DNA of 63,906 nucleotides, filler included, from an uncultured Methanosarcinales archaeon (GCA_964587045.1; 3 parts of 3 records of this genome joined end to end with filler, not necessarily neighbours in it), one strand, 5' to 3'; numbered from the whole stretch's first letter, positions 8,864 through 18,627 are shown. Program-made: numbers and translations. Notes: generated by a model from the sequence alone, not told the origin.

Positions 8864-8871
8864 TTTATAAA
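8864..8871 (-). promoter_or_regulatory. TATA box of the 5S rRNA gene
   Basis: TTTATAAA preceded by an A-rich BRE-like run, 24 nt upstream of the 5S 5' end. It overlaps the stop codon of the upstream ORF. Confidence 0.65.
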
Positions 8872-9440
8872 TTTTTACCTGTAACATCGAACCCCAGGTC
8901 TGAGCAGCTGTTCCTGACCTTGGCAACCTTCTCCTGAAGCCTTGTGGCCATCGAATGGTTGTTTATCCCTACCTCACCGGAGAGCAGGCTTTTCATGCCC
9001 TCCCTTCCGCGGAGCGTTTGCTCCTGGAGGTCGTATGCCAGGGACTGGATGGTCAGCGGCACCAGGTCCAGGTAGCTCTCGATGGTGGCAGGCAGCGACC
9101 TGTACCTCAGATAGGGGTGGTCTTTGAGCTCCTTGACAAATATGGTGTATTTCGGCGTGGTGAACTTGATTGAGCCGCGGCGTGTCCTCTCGACCTTCCA
9201 GTCATAGGGAACATCCACCTTTCCGATACCGTCAGTTAGGAAGGTCAGCGTGTCATGCGAGAATTCAGCCCCCTTCATCTTCGAAGCGATGCTGGAGAAC
9301 AGGAAGCTTCCTACTAGGTAGGTCTTGCCTTCCGTAATCCTGTTTATCACGTCGAATATCTCTGTCAGTTTCTGCTCATCAACAATTCGAGAAAAAATGG
9401 TGTTCACTGGTGTGTTGGTTTCTTCAAGGTCTTGCTGCAT
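8865..9440 (-). CDS. Hypothetical protein resembling a degenerate class II nucleotidyltransferase head domain
   Basis: YLVGS and PLTIQSLAYDL...GREGMKSL echo the YLVGG and DFTINAxAYD...GGxxDL patterns. No DxD is present at the expected position. Confidence 0.5.
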   Translation of the reverse strand: MQQDLEETNTPVNTIFSRIVDEQKLTEIFDVINRITEGKTYLVGSFLFSSIASKMKGAEFSHDTLTFLTDGIGKVDVPYDWKVERTRRGSIKFTTPKYTIFVKELKDHPYLRYRSLPATIESYLDLVPLTIQSLAYDLQEQTLRGREGMKSLLSGEVGINNHSMATRLQEKVAKVRNSCSDLGFDVTGKNL

Positions 9441-9571
9441 CTCAAAAGGGAGAGTGTTTCTATTAAAAAAGTTTTGGATGTTGAAATATAGAAATGGTAC
9501 CCCACATATTCGACGATAGATTTTTAAATTATAATCTTTTTGCCAATTTAAATCTTAACGAGGGGTGGATC

Positions 9572-10750
9572 ATGAAGAGAGTTTACGACGTCGCGGTATT
9601 GGGGGGTCTCGGTCATGTTGGGCTTCCTCTAGGAATCTCCTTTGCATCAAAAGGGCTCAAGGTCTGTTTGGTTGACATCGATAAGGCGAAGGCTCAGCAG
9701 GTGAGCAAGGGGGAGATACCATTCGTCGAGCATGGGGCAGAGCCCTTGTTGAAGAATGCCTTGAAGAAGAAGCTGCTCTCGGTCTCCCTTGAGCTTTCCG
9801 ACATTTCGAAGGCTGAATACGTCATTATCACCCTCGGCACTCCAATCGACCAGTACATGAATCCGAAAGTCAGGGAGTTCATGGAATTCTTCGGAAAGGT
9901 CGCAGAGCACCTCGACGAAAAGCAGACCATAATCGTCAGGAGCACTGTCTACCCGCGAACATGCGACCAGATGTTCAAGAAGCTGGGCAAGGGCAAGTGG
10001 AAGCTGGCTTACTGTCCGGAGAGGATTGTGCAGGGATACGCTATCCGAGAGCTGGTAGAGATACCTCAGCTGGTTTCCGGATACTCAGATGAGGCCATCG
10101 AGAGCGCGACCGACCTGTTCTCAAAGCTTTCTCCGAAGGTCATCAGGACGACAGTTCGCGAGGCCGAGCTGTCCAAGCTGTTTGCGAACGCCTGGCGTTA
10201 CATCCAGTTCGCTACCGCTAACCAGTTCTACATGATATCCAACCGCTTCGGAGTCGACTTCAACACGGTCCGCAAAGCGATGGTGGACAGCTACCCGCGC
10301 ACGGTCGGGCTTCCCGGGCCCGGGTTTGCGGCCGGCCCGTGCCTCCTCAAGGACACCATGCAGCTCGCTGTCTCGACTGGCAACAACTTCCAGCTGGGCC
10401 ACTCGGCGATGCTCATCAACGAAGGCCTGCCCAACTACATCGTCGACATGCTCCTCGGCGAAGAGGACCTCCACGGCAAGAAGGTGGGGATACTGGGCAT
10501 GGCGTTCAAGGCGAACGTCGACGACATCCGGGACTCGCTGTCGTACAAGCTGGGCAAGGTGCTGCGGTTCCACGGGGCTGATGTTCACTACACGGACGAG
10601 TTCGCAAAGGACCCGACATTCATACCGGCCCAGGAGCTCATGGACAAGTGTGATATCGTGATCGTTGGCGCACCGCACTCAACGTACAGGAAGCTCAAGA
10701 TACCTGAAGGCACAAGGGTCATCGACCTTTGGAGCCTGTTCGGGAAGTAA
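9572..10750 (+). CDS. Nucleotide-sugar (UDP-Glc/GDP-Man/UDP-ManNAc family) dehydrogenase
   Basis: GGLGHVGLP, YCPERI, catalytic GPCLLKD, GMAFKANVDDIRDS. Confidence 0.92.
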   Translation: MKRVYDVAVLGGLGHVGLPLGISFASKGLKVCLVDIDKAKAQQVSKGEIPFVEHGAEPLLKNALKKKLLSVSLELSDISKAEYVIITLGTPIDQYMNPKVREFMEFFGKVAEHLDEKQTIIVRSTVYPRTCDQMFKKLGKGKWKLAYCPERIVQGYAIRELVEIPQLVSGYSDEAIESATDLFSKLSPKVIRTTVREAELSKLFANAWRYIQFATANQFYMISNRFGVDFNTVRKAMVDSYPRTVGLPGPGFAAGPCLLKDTMQLAVSTGNNFQLGHSAMLINEGLPNYIVDMLLGEEDLHGKKVGILGMAFKANVDDIRDSLSYKLGKVLRFHGADVHYTDEFAKDPTFIPAQELMDKCDIVIVGAPHSTYRKLKIPEGTRVIDLWSLFGK

Positions 10751-10752
10751 AG

Positions 10753-11283
10753 ATGGAACCGATCATATCCAAGAACATAAGGGTGAGACACCCAAATCAT
10801 TTCAAGGTGGGCAAGTTCTCGATAATAGATGACTTCTGCTACTTCTCCACCCGGGTCGAGGTCGGAATCGGATCCCATATAGCGAACGGCTGCAGCGTGG
10901 GCGGAGGCAAGGACTACCTATTCCGGCTCGGGGACTACTCGAGCCTGTCGTCAGGCGTCAAGATATGGTGCTCGAGCAACGACTACGCCAAGGACATAAT
11001 AGCGATCAATCCCGGCGTTGACGACCTCGGGGACAATCCGATTTCCGGTGACGTGACCTTCGATAATTACACAGGGGTGGGCTCCAACACGGTCATAATG
11101 CCTGACAACCACATCCCGGAAGGCACCTCCATCGGTGCCCTGTCATACGTGCCACCAAGATTCAAGTTCAAGCCGTGGTCTGTATACGCAGGAGTCCCTA
11201 TCAAGTTCATCAAAGCCAGGGACAAGGAAAACGTCCTCAAGCAAGTCGCCAGGATGGATAAGGTGACGGGGAGGAAGAAATGA
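10753..11283 (+). CDS. Hexapeptide-repeat (left-handed beta-helix) acyltransferase
   Basis: Hexapeptide periodicity and C-terminal VYAGVPIKFIK. Confidence 0.85.
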   Translation: MEPIISKNIRVRHPNHFKVGKFSIIDDFCYFSTRVEVGIGSHIANGCSVGGGKDYLFRLGDYSSLSSGVKIWCSSNDYAKDIIAINPGVDDLGDNPISGDVTFDNYTGVGSNTVIMPDNHIPEGTSIGALSYVPPRFKFKPWSVYAGVPIKFIKARDKENVLKQVARMDKVTGRKK

Positions 11284-12359
11284 AAAAGATACGGTGGTGG
11301 GAGCCTGTCATCGGCGAAAAGGAATACAGCCTCATCGAGAAAGTGTTAAAGGACAACTTCCCAAACGAAGGCCCTCTCGCAACCCAGTTCGAAGAACGCA
11401 TCGCCGAACTCCTTGGGGTCAAGCACGCTGTTGCCGTCTCTAACGGGACCTCTGCTATTTTCCTGTCGCTTAAGGCCCTTGGGATAGGGCCAGGCGACGA
11501 GGTCGTCGTGCCGGACCTGACCTTCATAGCGACCGCGAACGCAGTGGAGATGACAGGCGCAAGGCCGGTCCTCGCAGACATCGAGCCTAAACGGCTGTCG
11601 CTCGATCCGGAGTCGTTCGAGGCAGCCATCACCAAGAGGACCAAAGCCGTGATTCCGGTCGCAGTGACCGGCAGGGCTCCGGACATGAGAGCCCTGCAGA
11701 AGGTGGCTGGCGACATACACATAGTCGAGGACGCCGCCGAGGCGTTCATGTCCAAGCACAAAGGCAGGTTCCTGGGAACGTATGGCATCGCAGGATGCTT
11801 TTCGTTCTCCCCTCACAAGACCATCACCACAGGCCAGGGAGGGATGATAATCACTGATGACGACAGGATCCACAAGAGGCTCAGGGAGCTCAAGGACCAG
11901 GGCCGGCCCAAGCGCGGGACCGGCGGCGATGACATCCATGACGTGATAGGATACAACTTCAAGTTCACAGACCTGCAGGCCGCTGTCGGGCTCGGACAGC
12001 TCGATTACCTCCATGACAGGATTGCGAGGATGAGGAGGAATTACAGCCTCTACAGCAAGCACCTTGCAGGAGTAAAAGGAATAGATGTTTACAGGTTTGA
12101 GGATGATGAGGTCCCGCAGTGGACCGATGTCAGGCTTGAAAAGAGGAACGAGCTGTCTGAGTACCTGGAAAAGCATGACATCGACAGCAGGAGGTTCTGG
12201 TTCCCCCTGCACAGGCAGAAGCCCTACAGGCTTCCTGATAAGGGTTTCGATAATACGGTGAGGGTTTCTGAGCAGTCGCTTTGGATGCCCTCAGCCTTCA
12301 CCCTCACAGATGAGGACATCAAGCGGGTATGCGATCACATCAAGGAGTTCCTAAAATGA
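11280..12359 (+). CDS. DegT/DnrJ/EryC1/StrS sugar aminotransferase
   Basis: VSNGTSA, TFIATAN, VEDAAEA, FSFSPHKTITTGQGG (PLP lysine), GYNFK. Confidence 0.95.
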   Translation: MKKIRWWEPVIGEKEYSLIEKVLKDNFPNEGPLATQFEERIAELLGVKHAVAVSNGTSAIFLSLKALGIGPGDEVVVPDLTFIATANAVEMTGARPVLADIEPKRLSLDPESFEAAITKRTKAVIPVAVTGRAPDMRALQKVAGDIHIVEDAAEAFMSKHKGRFLGTYGIAGCFSFSPHKTITTGQGGMIITDDDRIHKRLRELKDQGRPKRGTGGDDIHDVIGYNFKFTDLQAAVGLGQLDYLHDRIARMRRNYSLYSKHLAGVKGIDVYRFEDDEVPQWTDVRLEKRNELSEYLEKHDIDSRRFWFPLHRQKPYRLPDKGFDNTVRVSEQSLWMPSAFTLTDEDIKRVCDHIKEFLK

Positions 12360-13111
12360 AGTTGTCCATCCTGCTTCCTGTCAGGAATGAGGGAATGAAC
12401 ATCGGCGTCATGCTCAAGATACTCAACGCGACCCTCGAGGTACCAAACGAGATACTGGTCGTCTATGACAGTCCCAAAGACAACACGATCCCTGCGGTCA
12501 AGAAGGTGCAGAGGCGCTTCCCAAACGTCAAGCTGGTGCACAACAACCGCGGCAGAGGGGTCGTCAACGCCCTGAAGGCCGGGATCGACGCAGCGAAGGG
12601 AGAGTATGTCCTGATATTCGCCGCAGACGAGATAGGTCCAGTCGTCGCCATCGAAGACATGCTGCACCTCATGGACAAGGGGTGCGACCTCGTCAGCTGC
12701 ACTAGATACGCCCTCGGGGGAAGGAGGCTGGGCGGATCGGCGATAGGAGGATTCCTCTCGAGGTATGGGAACAGGGTATTCCAGTTTCTGTCCGGTTCCG
12801 CCTTCACTGATTCGACGACTGGCATTAAGATGTTTCGCAAGAGCATCTTCGAAAAGGTAAAACTTGAAGCGAGGCCCGTCGGCTGGGCAGTTGTCTTCGA
12901 GCTCGCAGTCAAGGCGCAGCTCTACGGGCTCAAGCTCGGAGAGGTGCCGATAGTGTCCATCGACCGCCTCTACGGCGGAAAGTCGACATTTTCCCTCGGT
13001 CCCTGGTTCAAGGAATACCTGAGGTGGTTCATGTTCGGGGTCAGGAACCTCCACTTCAGTAAGAGGCCGAAGGTCATGAGGCTGAAACCAAGATATTATG
13101 ATGTGAAATGA
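12356..13111 (+). CDS. GT2 glycosyltransferase (polyprenol-phosphate sugar synthase-like)
   Basis: LSILLPVRNE, VVYDSPKDNT, TDSTTGIK. The usual DxD appears as AADE. Confidence 0.85.
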   Translation: MKLSILLPVRNEGMNIGVMLKILNATLEVPNEILVVYDSPKDNTIPAVKKVQRRFPNVKLVHNNRGRGVVNALKAGIDAAKGEYVLIFAADEIGPVVAIEDMLHLMDKGCDLVSCTRYALGGRRLGGSAIGGFLSRYGNRVFQFLSGSAFTDSTTGIKMFRKSIFEKVKLEARPVGWAVVFELAVKAQLYGLKLGEVPIVSIDRLYGGKSTFSLGPWFKEYLRWFMFGVRNLHFSKRPKVMRLKPRYYDVK

Positions 13112-14115
13112 AGAAGAAGAGATTCTTGGTCACCGGTGGTACCGGTTTCATCGGAGCGTCACTAGTCAGGAGACTGGTAAAGGAGGGCAATTACGTCAGG
13201 GTGCTCGACAACAACGTGAGGGGAGTCAAGACCAGGCTTGACCTCGTGAGGAGCAAGATTGATCTCGTTGAGGCGGACGTCAGGGATGCCGATGCGGTGC
13301 GCAGGGCGTGCAAGGGAATCGACATCGTCTGCCACCTGGCCTTCATAAACGGGACCGAGTACTTCTACTCGAAGCCTGAGCTGGTCCTCGATGTGGGGGT
13401 CAAGGGAATGATCAACGTCATCGACGGCTGCATCCATGAGGGCGTAAAGGAGCTGATAACGGCATCGAGCTCTGAGGTGTACCAGTCGCCGAAAAAAGTT
13501 CCGACCGACGAGACGGTCCCGCTGATAGTGCCTGACGTGCAGAACCCGCGCTACTCCTACGGCGGCGGCAAGATAATCTCTGAACTGATGGCCATCAACT
13601 ACGGAAGGAAGTTCTTCAAGAGGTCGGTCATCTTCAGGCCGCACAACGTGTATGGCCCTGACATGGGCTACGAGCACGTCATCCCGCAGTTCATCCTCAG
13701 GATGAGGGACATGCTGACGATCAACTCCGCACCGACCGTCGACTTCCCAATCCAGGGTGACGGCTCAGAGACCCGGTCTTTTATCTACATAGACGATTTT
13801 ATTGACGGGCTCATGCATGTCATAGACAAGGGCGAGCACCTCGGCATATACCACATCGGCACTATGGATGAGGTCTCAATAGGCGATGTCGCAAGGCTCA
13901 TCGGCGACCATTTCGGACGCAACGTCAGCCTGATTACCAGTCCGGTGCCTAGAGGAGCGACGCCACGCAGATGCCCGGACAACTCCAAGCTCAAGAGGCT
14001 CGGCTTCAAGCCGCGGGTCAGCCTCAAGGAAGGCCTTAAGAAGACCATCCGTTGGTATGACACGCCAGGCTCCAAGAAAGGGGAGAGCCGAGTGCTAAAG
14101 GACAAGTTGAGGTGA
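13108..14115 (+). CDS. NAD-dependent epimerase/dehydratase (extended SDR)
   Basis: TGGTGFIG, SSSEVY, YGGGK, RPHNVYGP. Confidence 0.95.
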   Translation: MKKKRFLVTGGTGFIGASLVRRLVKEGNYVRVLDNNVRGVKTRLDLVRSKIDLVEADVRDADAVRRACKGIDIVCHLAFINGTEYFYSKPELVLDVGVKGMINVIDGCIHEGVKELITASSSEVYQSPKKVPTDETVPLIVPDVQNPRYSYGGGKIISELMAINYGRKFFKRSVIFRPHNVYGPDMGYEHVIPQFILRMRDMLTINSAPTVDFPIQGDGSETRSFIYIDDFIDGLMHVIDKGEHLGIYHIGTMDEVSIGDVARLIGDHFGRNVSLITSPVPRGATPRRCPDNSKLKRLGFKPRVSLKEGLKKTIRWYDTPGSKKGESRVLKDKLR

Positions 14116-14120
14116 ACATT

Positions 14121-15374
14121 ATGGAAAAGAAACTCGCATTCAACACAGGTTCGAGCGTAGTGACCAGGCGATGCCAGGTTTGCAATTCCGAAAAGCTGGA
14201 ACCGATAATATTTCTCGGCTACATGCCCCCTGTAAACCAGATGCACCCGATTGGGTCGGTCCCTGACGAGCAGCCCAGCTATCCTGCCCAGGTCGTCTCG
14301 TGCCAGAACTGCAGCCTGGTTCAGCTTGGCCTGACGGTCGACCCAAAAATCCTGTTCCCGTACGAGTATCCCTACACGAGCAGCACGACCAAGATTCTCA
14401 GAGACAACTTCGCAGAGCTCTACCAAGAATGCTCAAAGATCATCAAACTCGGGAAGGACGACCTGGTGATAGACATAGGGTCGAATGACGGCAACCTGCT
14501 GAGCAACTTCACCAAGCACAAGGTGTTGGGCATCACGCCTGAGGAGATCGGGAAGCTCGCGATTGAGAAGGGCATTCCGACCATCATCGACTACTTCACC
14601 ACCAAGGTGGCCGAGCAGGTGATAAAGGAGCACGGCAAGGCCAAGATTGTGACCGCAACCAACGTCTTCGCCCACATCGAGAACATCAACCAGATCACTG
14701 AGGATGTAGTCAGCCTGCTCGCAGATGACGGCGTTTTCATCTCCGAGTCCCATTATCTCAAACCCCTCGTCGAGACCTTGCAATACGACACGGTCTACCA
14801 CGAGCACTTGAGGTACTACTCGCTGCATAGCCTGAAATTCCTCCTGGAAAAGCACGGTCTTGAGGTCTTCCACGCCAAAGGGATACCGACGCACGGCGGC
14901 TCCATCAGGGTGTACGCTGCGAGGAAGGGAACCTACAAGGCAAAGGACACTGTCAAAAAGATGCTCGACGCCGAGAAGAAGACCATACTCGACAGGAAGA
15001 AACTGAAGGAGTTCAAGGAGAGGGTGGTCATGTCCAAGCTCGAGCTCTACTCGCTTCTCAAGGACATCAAGGCCGAAGGCAAGCGCATCTACGGCATCAG
15101 CGCTCCATCGAGGGCATCTACCCTGATCAACTATGTGGGCATCGACGACGGGATCGTCGACGCGGTGATGGAGATCAAGGGCTCGCACAAGATAGGCAGG
15201 TACGTCCCGGGCACGCTCATCCCAGTGCTCGAGGAATCCGCCCTTTACGAGGACCAGCCGGAATACGCGCTGGTCTTCTCATGGCACATAGCAGACGAGC
15301 TCATCCCGAAGATAAGAAGCAAGGGGTTCAAGGGCAAGTTCATCGTGCCGCTGCCCCGGCCGCGCATCGTCTAG
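14121..15374 (+). CDS. NDP-sugar C-methyltransferase family (Zn-binding N-domain, SAM domain, C-terminal domain)
   Basis: CQVC...CQNCSLVQL, YPYTSS, DIGSNDG, YDTVYHEHLRYY, THGGSIR. Confidence 0.88.
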   Translation: MEKKLAFNTGSSVVTRRCQVCNSEKLEPIIFLGYMPPVNQMHPIGSVPDEQPSYPAQVVSCQNCSLVQLGLTVDPKILFPYEYPYTSSTTKILRDNFAELYQECSKIIKLGKDDLVIDIGSNDGNLLSNFTKHKVLGITPEEIGKLAIEKGIPTIIDYFTTKVAEQVIKEHGKAKIVTATNVFAHIENINQITEDVVSLLADDGVFISESHYLKPLVETLQYDTVYHEHLRYYSLHSLKFLLEKHGLEVFHAKGIPTHGGSIRVYAARKGTYKAKDTVKKMLDAEKKTILDRKKLKEFKERVVMSKLELYSLLKDIKAEGKRIYGISAPSRASTLINYVGIDDGIVDAVMEIKGSHKIGRYVPGTLIPVLEESALYEDQPEYALVFSWHIADELIPKIRSKGFKGKFIVPLPRPRIV

Positions 15375-16222
15375 TGGAATAGAATCAGGGTTATGGCGAT
15401 CCATGCAAGCACTGATATTACCATCCTAGAGTCTGATACTATCATGTCTGGATGCCGGGCAATCTCTGAGCCGTCGTAGATGAGCTTGATGTATCTGAAG
15501 AGGCTGTACATCACTATAGGGAGCGTGATTATGAACTCCGAATTCTGTCCAAGGAAGCAGTAGAGGCTGTACGACACCAGCAGCGCTGAGCTGACCATTG
15601 CCAGCAAGCTGTCCGCGACGCGGGCGTTGTAGTGGTCCAGCACCTTCCTGTGATGCTTGGCATCCTCCTTGAGGAAGACAAGTTCAGCCCTCCTCTTCCC
15701 AACGCTCAGGAACATGGCCAGGAAGAACGAGCAGAGCACAAGCCACGGGGAGATGACTACCGATATTATGAACGCGCCTGAGACCGCCCTTACCACGAAG
15801 TTGATCGCTATCGAGGTTATATCCAGGAAAGGCTCGTGCTTGAAGACCAGGGAATAAAGCAGGGAGAAGGCGAACAAAAACGACATAGCGGCCATGAATG
15901 AGGCGGTGAGGGTCGATGCTATCGACAGGGAACCTGCCAGAAGCACAGCGGCGATCACCCACGCCTCCCACAACGGGACCTTGCCCGACGCTATCGGGCG
16001 GTTGCGCTTCTCGGGGTTGGCCTGGTCAGACTTCCTGTCAATTATGTCGTTTATCACGTAGTTGGCAGAGGATACCAGGCAGAGGCTTACGAACCCTATG
16101 AGGGTGGCCCCGAGCAGTCCGGGATTGAGGATGTTCGAGGTGAATATGAGGGCTGTGAATATGAGGATGTTCTTGTACCACTGCTGCGGCCTGAGCATCC
16201 TCAAATAGTCTATGAACGCCAT
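15371..16222 (-). CDS. UbiA-family prenyltransferase, decaprenyl-phosphate phosphoribosyltransferase-like
   Basis: LRPQQWYKN, YVINDIIDRKSD, KRNRPIASG, GKRRAE; multiple TM helices. Confidence 0.88.
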   Translation of the reverse strand: MAFIDYLRMLRPQQWYKNILIFTALIFTSNILNPGLLGATLIGFVSLCLVSSANYVINDIIDRKSDQANPEKRNRPIASGKVPLWEAWVIAAVLLAGSLSIASTLTASFMAAMSFLFAFSLLYSLVFKHEPFLDITSIAINFVVRAVSGAFIISVVISPWLVLCSFFLAMFLSVGKRRAELVFLKEDAKHHRKVLDHYNARVADSLLAMVSSALLVSYSLYCFLGQNSEFIITLPIVMYSLFRYIKLIYDGSEIARHPDMIVSDSRMVISVLAWIAITLILFH

Positions 16223-17278
16223 CTAGTACCTCCTGAGCAGCCTGCCCCACTCTGTTTTCATGAAGCGCCTTATCCTTGCCTTCCCGACTGTTGGGTACCA
16301 CATGTAGTCGTGGTAGAAGGCGGAGGCGAACACCGGGAGCTTGAATAGCGGCGTATGGAACAGCAGGGGCTCAAGGAATCTCAAAGCTCCCTTCCTAAAC
16401 GCCTGGTCCCAGAATATTACAGGGCTCTTGTGGGTTGCGAAGTGGAAGTTGGTCCTGGATATGTCCTCCCCGACTATGTCTATCTGGTCTGTATCGGCTG
16501 TGCCCAGACCCTCGTCATCTGCCTGCTTTAGGAACCTGATTCTCATCGGGTCGTAGCCCATCAGTTTTGATGACACTGCGTCGACTGCGACCTGGTCGCT
16601 CCCTGCGAGGATGATGTTCTCGATCCTCGGGATCATGGTCCTGGGTCCTGCGCCGTCGCCGCAGACCGTGCCGTCCATGAGTGTGAAGATGTCGGGGTGG
16701 AGCTCCTTCTGTATCTTGAGCAGGTCGACCAGGACCTCGTGGATGTTCTTGTGGCAATGGTGCCTCCTCTCTGTTATCAGACCGCCGAAGGCATTCTTCA
16801 TTGTACCTGTCATCACGGTGTGGCCGTGCGTCTTTATCGTTGGCAGGTGGAGCATGCTCTTTCCTATGAACAGCTTGGGGATCCTCAGCCCGTCGGGGAA
16901 GATTTCAGGAATCGCCTTGAGGTCGGACTTGAGTCTCATCCTGACCCATTTCTCCCTGTCCAGCGGCCGGAATTTGACGCCGTACCGGTCGAAGAGAGGG
17001 AGCCACTTGTTGCCCCTCGCTCCCTTCATCACATGCGTGACGACGGTCTTGTTCTCTACCGGGATGATGCGCGTTATCCCGCGATCGGTCAGGCCCTTGA
17101 GCGCCCCTTCCAGCTGCCATGGCTCTGTCGAGCATGCAGGGTAGTAGAGGCTCCATGACAGGTTCAGCTTGAGCAGGAGATCCTTCTTTGGCCTGTACTC
17201 CATCATGTCGATGAGTCTGCCGTAATCCTCGACGACCGTTGCTGGTGTTGTCTTGAGCACAGCTACCTTGGGTTGCAT
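16223..17278 (-). CDS. DUF362-domain protein
   Basis: LLKLNL, LPTIKTHGHT, TGTMKNAFG, MDGTVCGDGAGP, DQVAVDA. Confidence 0.82.
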   Translation of the reverse strand: MQPKVAVLKTTPATVVEDYGRLIDMMEYRPKKDLLLKLNLSWSLYYPACSTEPWQLEGALKGLTDRGITRIIPVENKTVVTHVMKGARGNKWLPLFDRYGVKFRPLDREKWVRMRLKSDLKAIPEIFPDGLRIPKLFIGKSMLHLPTIKTHGHTVMTGTMKNAFGGLITERRHHCHKNIHEVLVDLLKIQKELHPDIFTLMDGTVCGDGAGPRTMIPRIENIILAGSDQVAVDAVSSKLMGYDPMRIRFLKQADDEGLGTADTDQIDIVGEDISRTNFHFATHKSPVIFWDQAFRKGALRFLEPLLFHTPLFKLPVFASAFYHDYMWYPTVGKARIRRFMKTEWGRLLRRY

Positions 17279-17352
17279 GTGCCTGATGGGATTGAATGGG
17301 ATATTTAAAACCTCTGCAAAGTTTTTTATATTCGCTGGGAGTCTTCGGGGAC

Positions 17353-18627
17353 ATGAAATCGACGCTGTTAGCAGTCATCCTAGTCGCGGTGCTGCTGATC
17401 CCGCACCTGTTCTACCTCGGGAACGGCTACGTCGACAAGGAGCCTGTATACGCAGGCCTGGCTGCCGACATAGCCGACGGCAACGACATCGGCTGGTACT
17501 TCGAGCAGGTGTCCAATCCGATATTGACATCGCTTTACCTGGCTGTCCCTTTTGCAATCTTCGGTGAGGGAGTCGAGGTCGCGCGGCTTTCGGTATTGCT
17601 GCTGGGGGCAGCGTCGGTGATGTTCGTGTTCTTCTATCTCAGGAGGAAGGAAGGGCAGACTTTTGCGTTCATCACCTCCCTGCTCGTAGCCGCTAACTCG
17701 CTGTTCATGGTATATTCGCAGGAAGTTGTGACCGACGTTCCCTTCATGGCGTTTGCATCCGTCGGCATGCTGCTGCTCGCCTACTCTGAAAGCAGGAGCG
17801 AGTTCTTCTGGTCGGCCGTGTCCATCGGCCTGGCCCTTGCCACCAAGTACATAATCGCAGTGCTGTTCCCGGTGGCGCTCTACCTGATTTTCAGGAAGGA
17901 AGGGTTCTCAAGAGATGAGCTCTTGCATTCGGCATGGAGTTCGGTGGCGTATTTCCTTGTGGTTTTGGCAGTCTCGCTGCCCATCGTCCTGATTGGCCCG
18001 TTGGCATACGGCAACCTCCTCCCTACCGGGGCTTCAGGCTACCTAACCAACCTCACCCTGACATTCTTTGTCAGCCATGTATTGGGCTACCTGATGTGGT
18101 TGGGGCTCTTCCTGGGCCCTCTTTCCCTGCTGGTCCTCTACCAGCTCTGGAAGAGGCTGCGCGTGAAGGCGGTCTGGGCAGCGTTTGCGCTCGGTCTCCT
18201 GACCCTGCTCCTGACCTTCATAGCGCCGGTATCTTCGCTCAACACGCAGGAGGCCTACTACGGTGAGATGAACATTGGATGGGTCGACAGCGCTGTCCCC
18301 CAGCCGTACCTCTCGATTGCCCTCTTCTTGGTCATCATCGCGTCCGAGATGTTTCTATTGTACGTTGCGCTCGAGTCCGGTAGGCTCCGCGGTGTGTGGG
18401 CGTGGATCGCTGTCCCGCTGCTGCTGATGTCATTTACGAGAGCCGCCAACAGGTACATGCTCGCGCTGCTGGTCCCCATAGCCATGTACACCGCCCACGT
18501 TGTGGTTTCACAAAAGGCCGGAAGGGACAGGGCAATTGCTATCGCGTTGGTTGCCCTCCACGTGGCGATGTTCCTAGCTGTGGGTGTTTACTCCAACCAT
18601 TACCTTCTCCTGAGGGGTGCGACATGA
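17353..18627 (+). CDS. GT-C fold (ArnT/PMT-like) membrane glycosyltransferase
   Basis: DKEPVY loop after the first TM, ARLSVLL, LALATKY, RYML; about 11 TM helices. Confidence 0.78.
   Translation: MKSTLLAVILVAVLLIPHLFYLGNGYVDKEPVYAGLAADIADGNDIGWYFEQVSNPILTSLYLAVPFAIFGEGVEVARLSVLLLGAASVMFVFFYLRRKEGQTFAFITSLLVAANSLFMVYSQEVVTDVPFMAFASVGMLLLAYSESRSEFFWSAVSIGLALATKYIIAVLFPVALYLIFRKEGFSRDELLHSAWSSVAYFLVVLAVSLPIVLIGPLAYGNLLPTGASGYLTNLTLTFFVSHVLGYLMWLGLFLGPLSLLVLYQLWKRLRVKAVWAAFALGLLTLLLTFIAPVSSLNTQEAYYGEMNIGWVDSAVPQPYLSIALFLVIIASEMFLLYVALESGRLRGVWAWIAVPLLLMSFTRAANRYMLALLVPIAMYTAHVVVSQKAGRDRAIAIALVALHVAMFLAVGVYSNHYLLLRGAT

Noticed and set aside
18396..18623. N-terminal extensions in the ORF track (also at 9494, 43979, 44895, 59178, 60628)
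   Set aside because: They overlap upstream genes or promoters. Downstream ATGs with an SD or stop-start coupling fit the family N-termini better.
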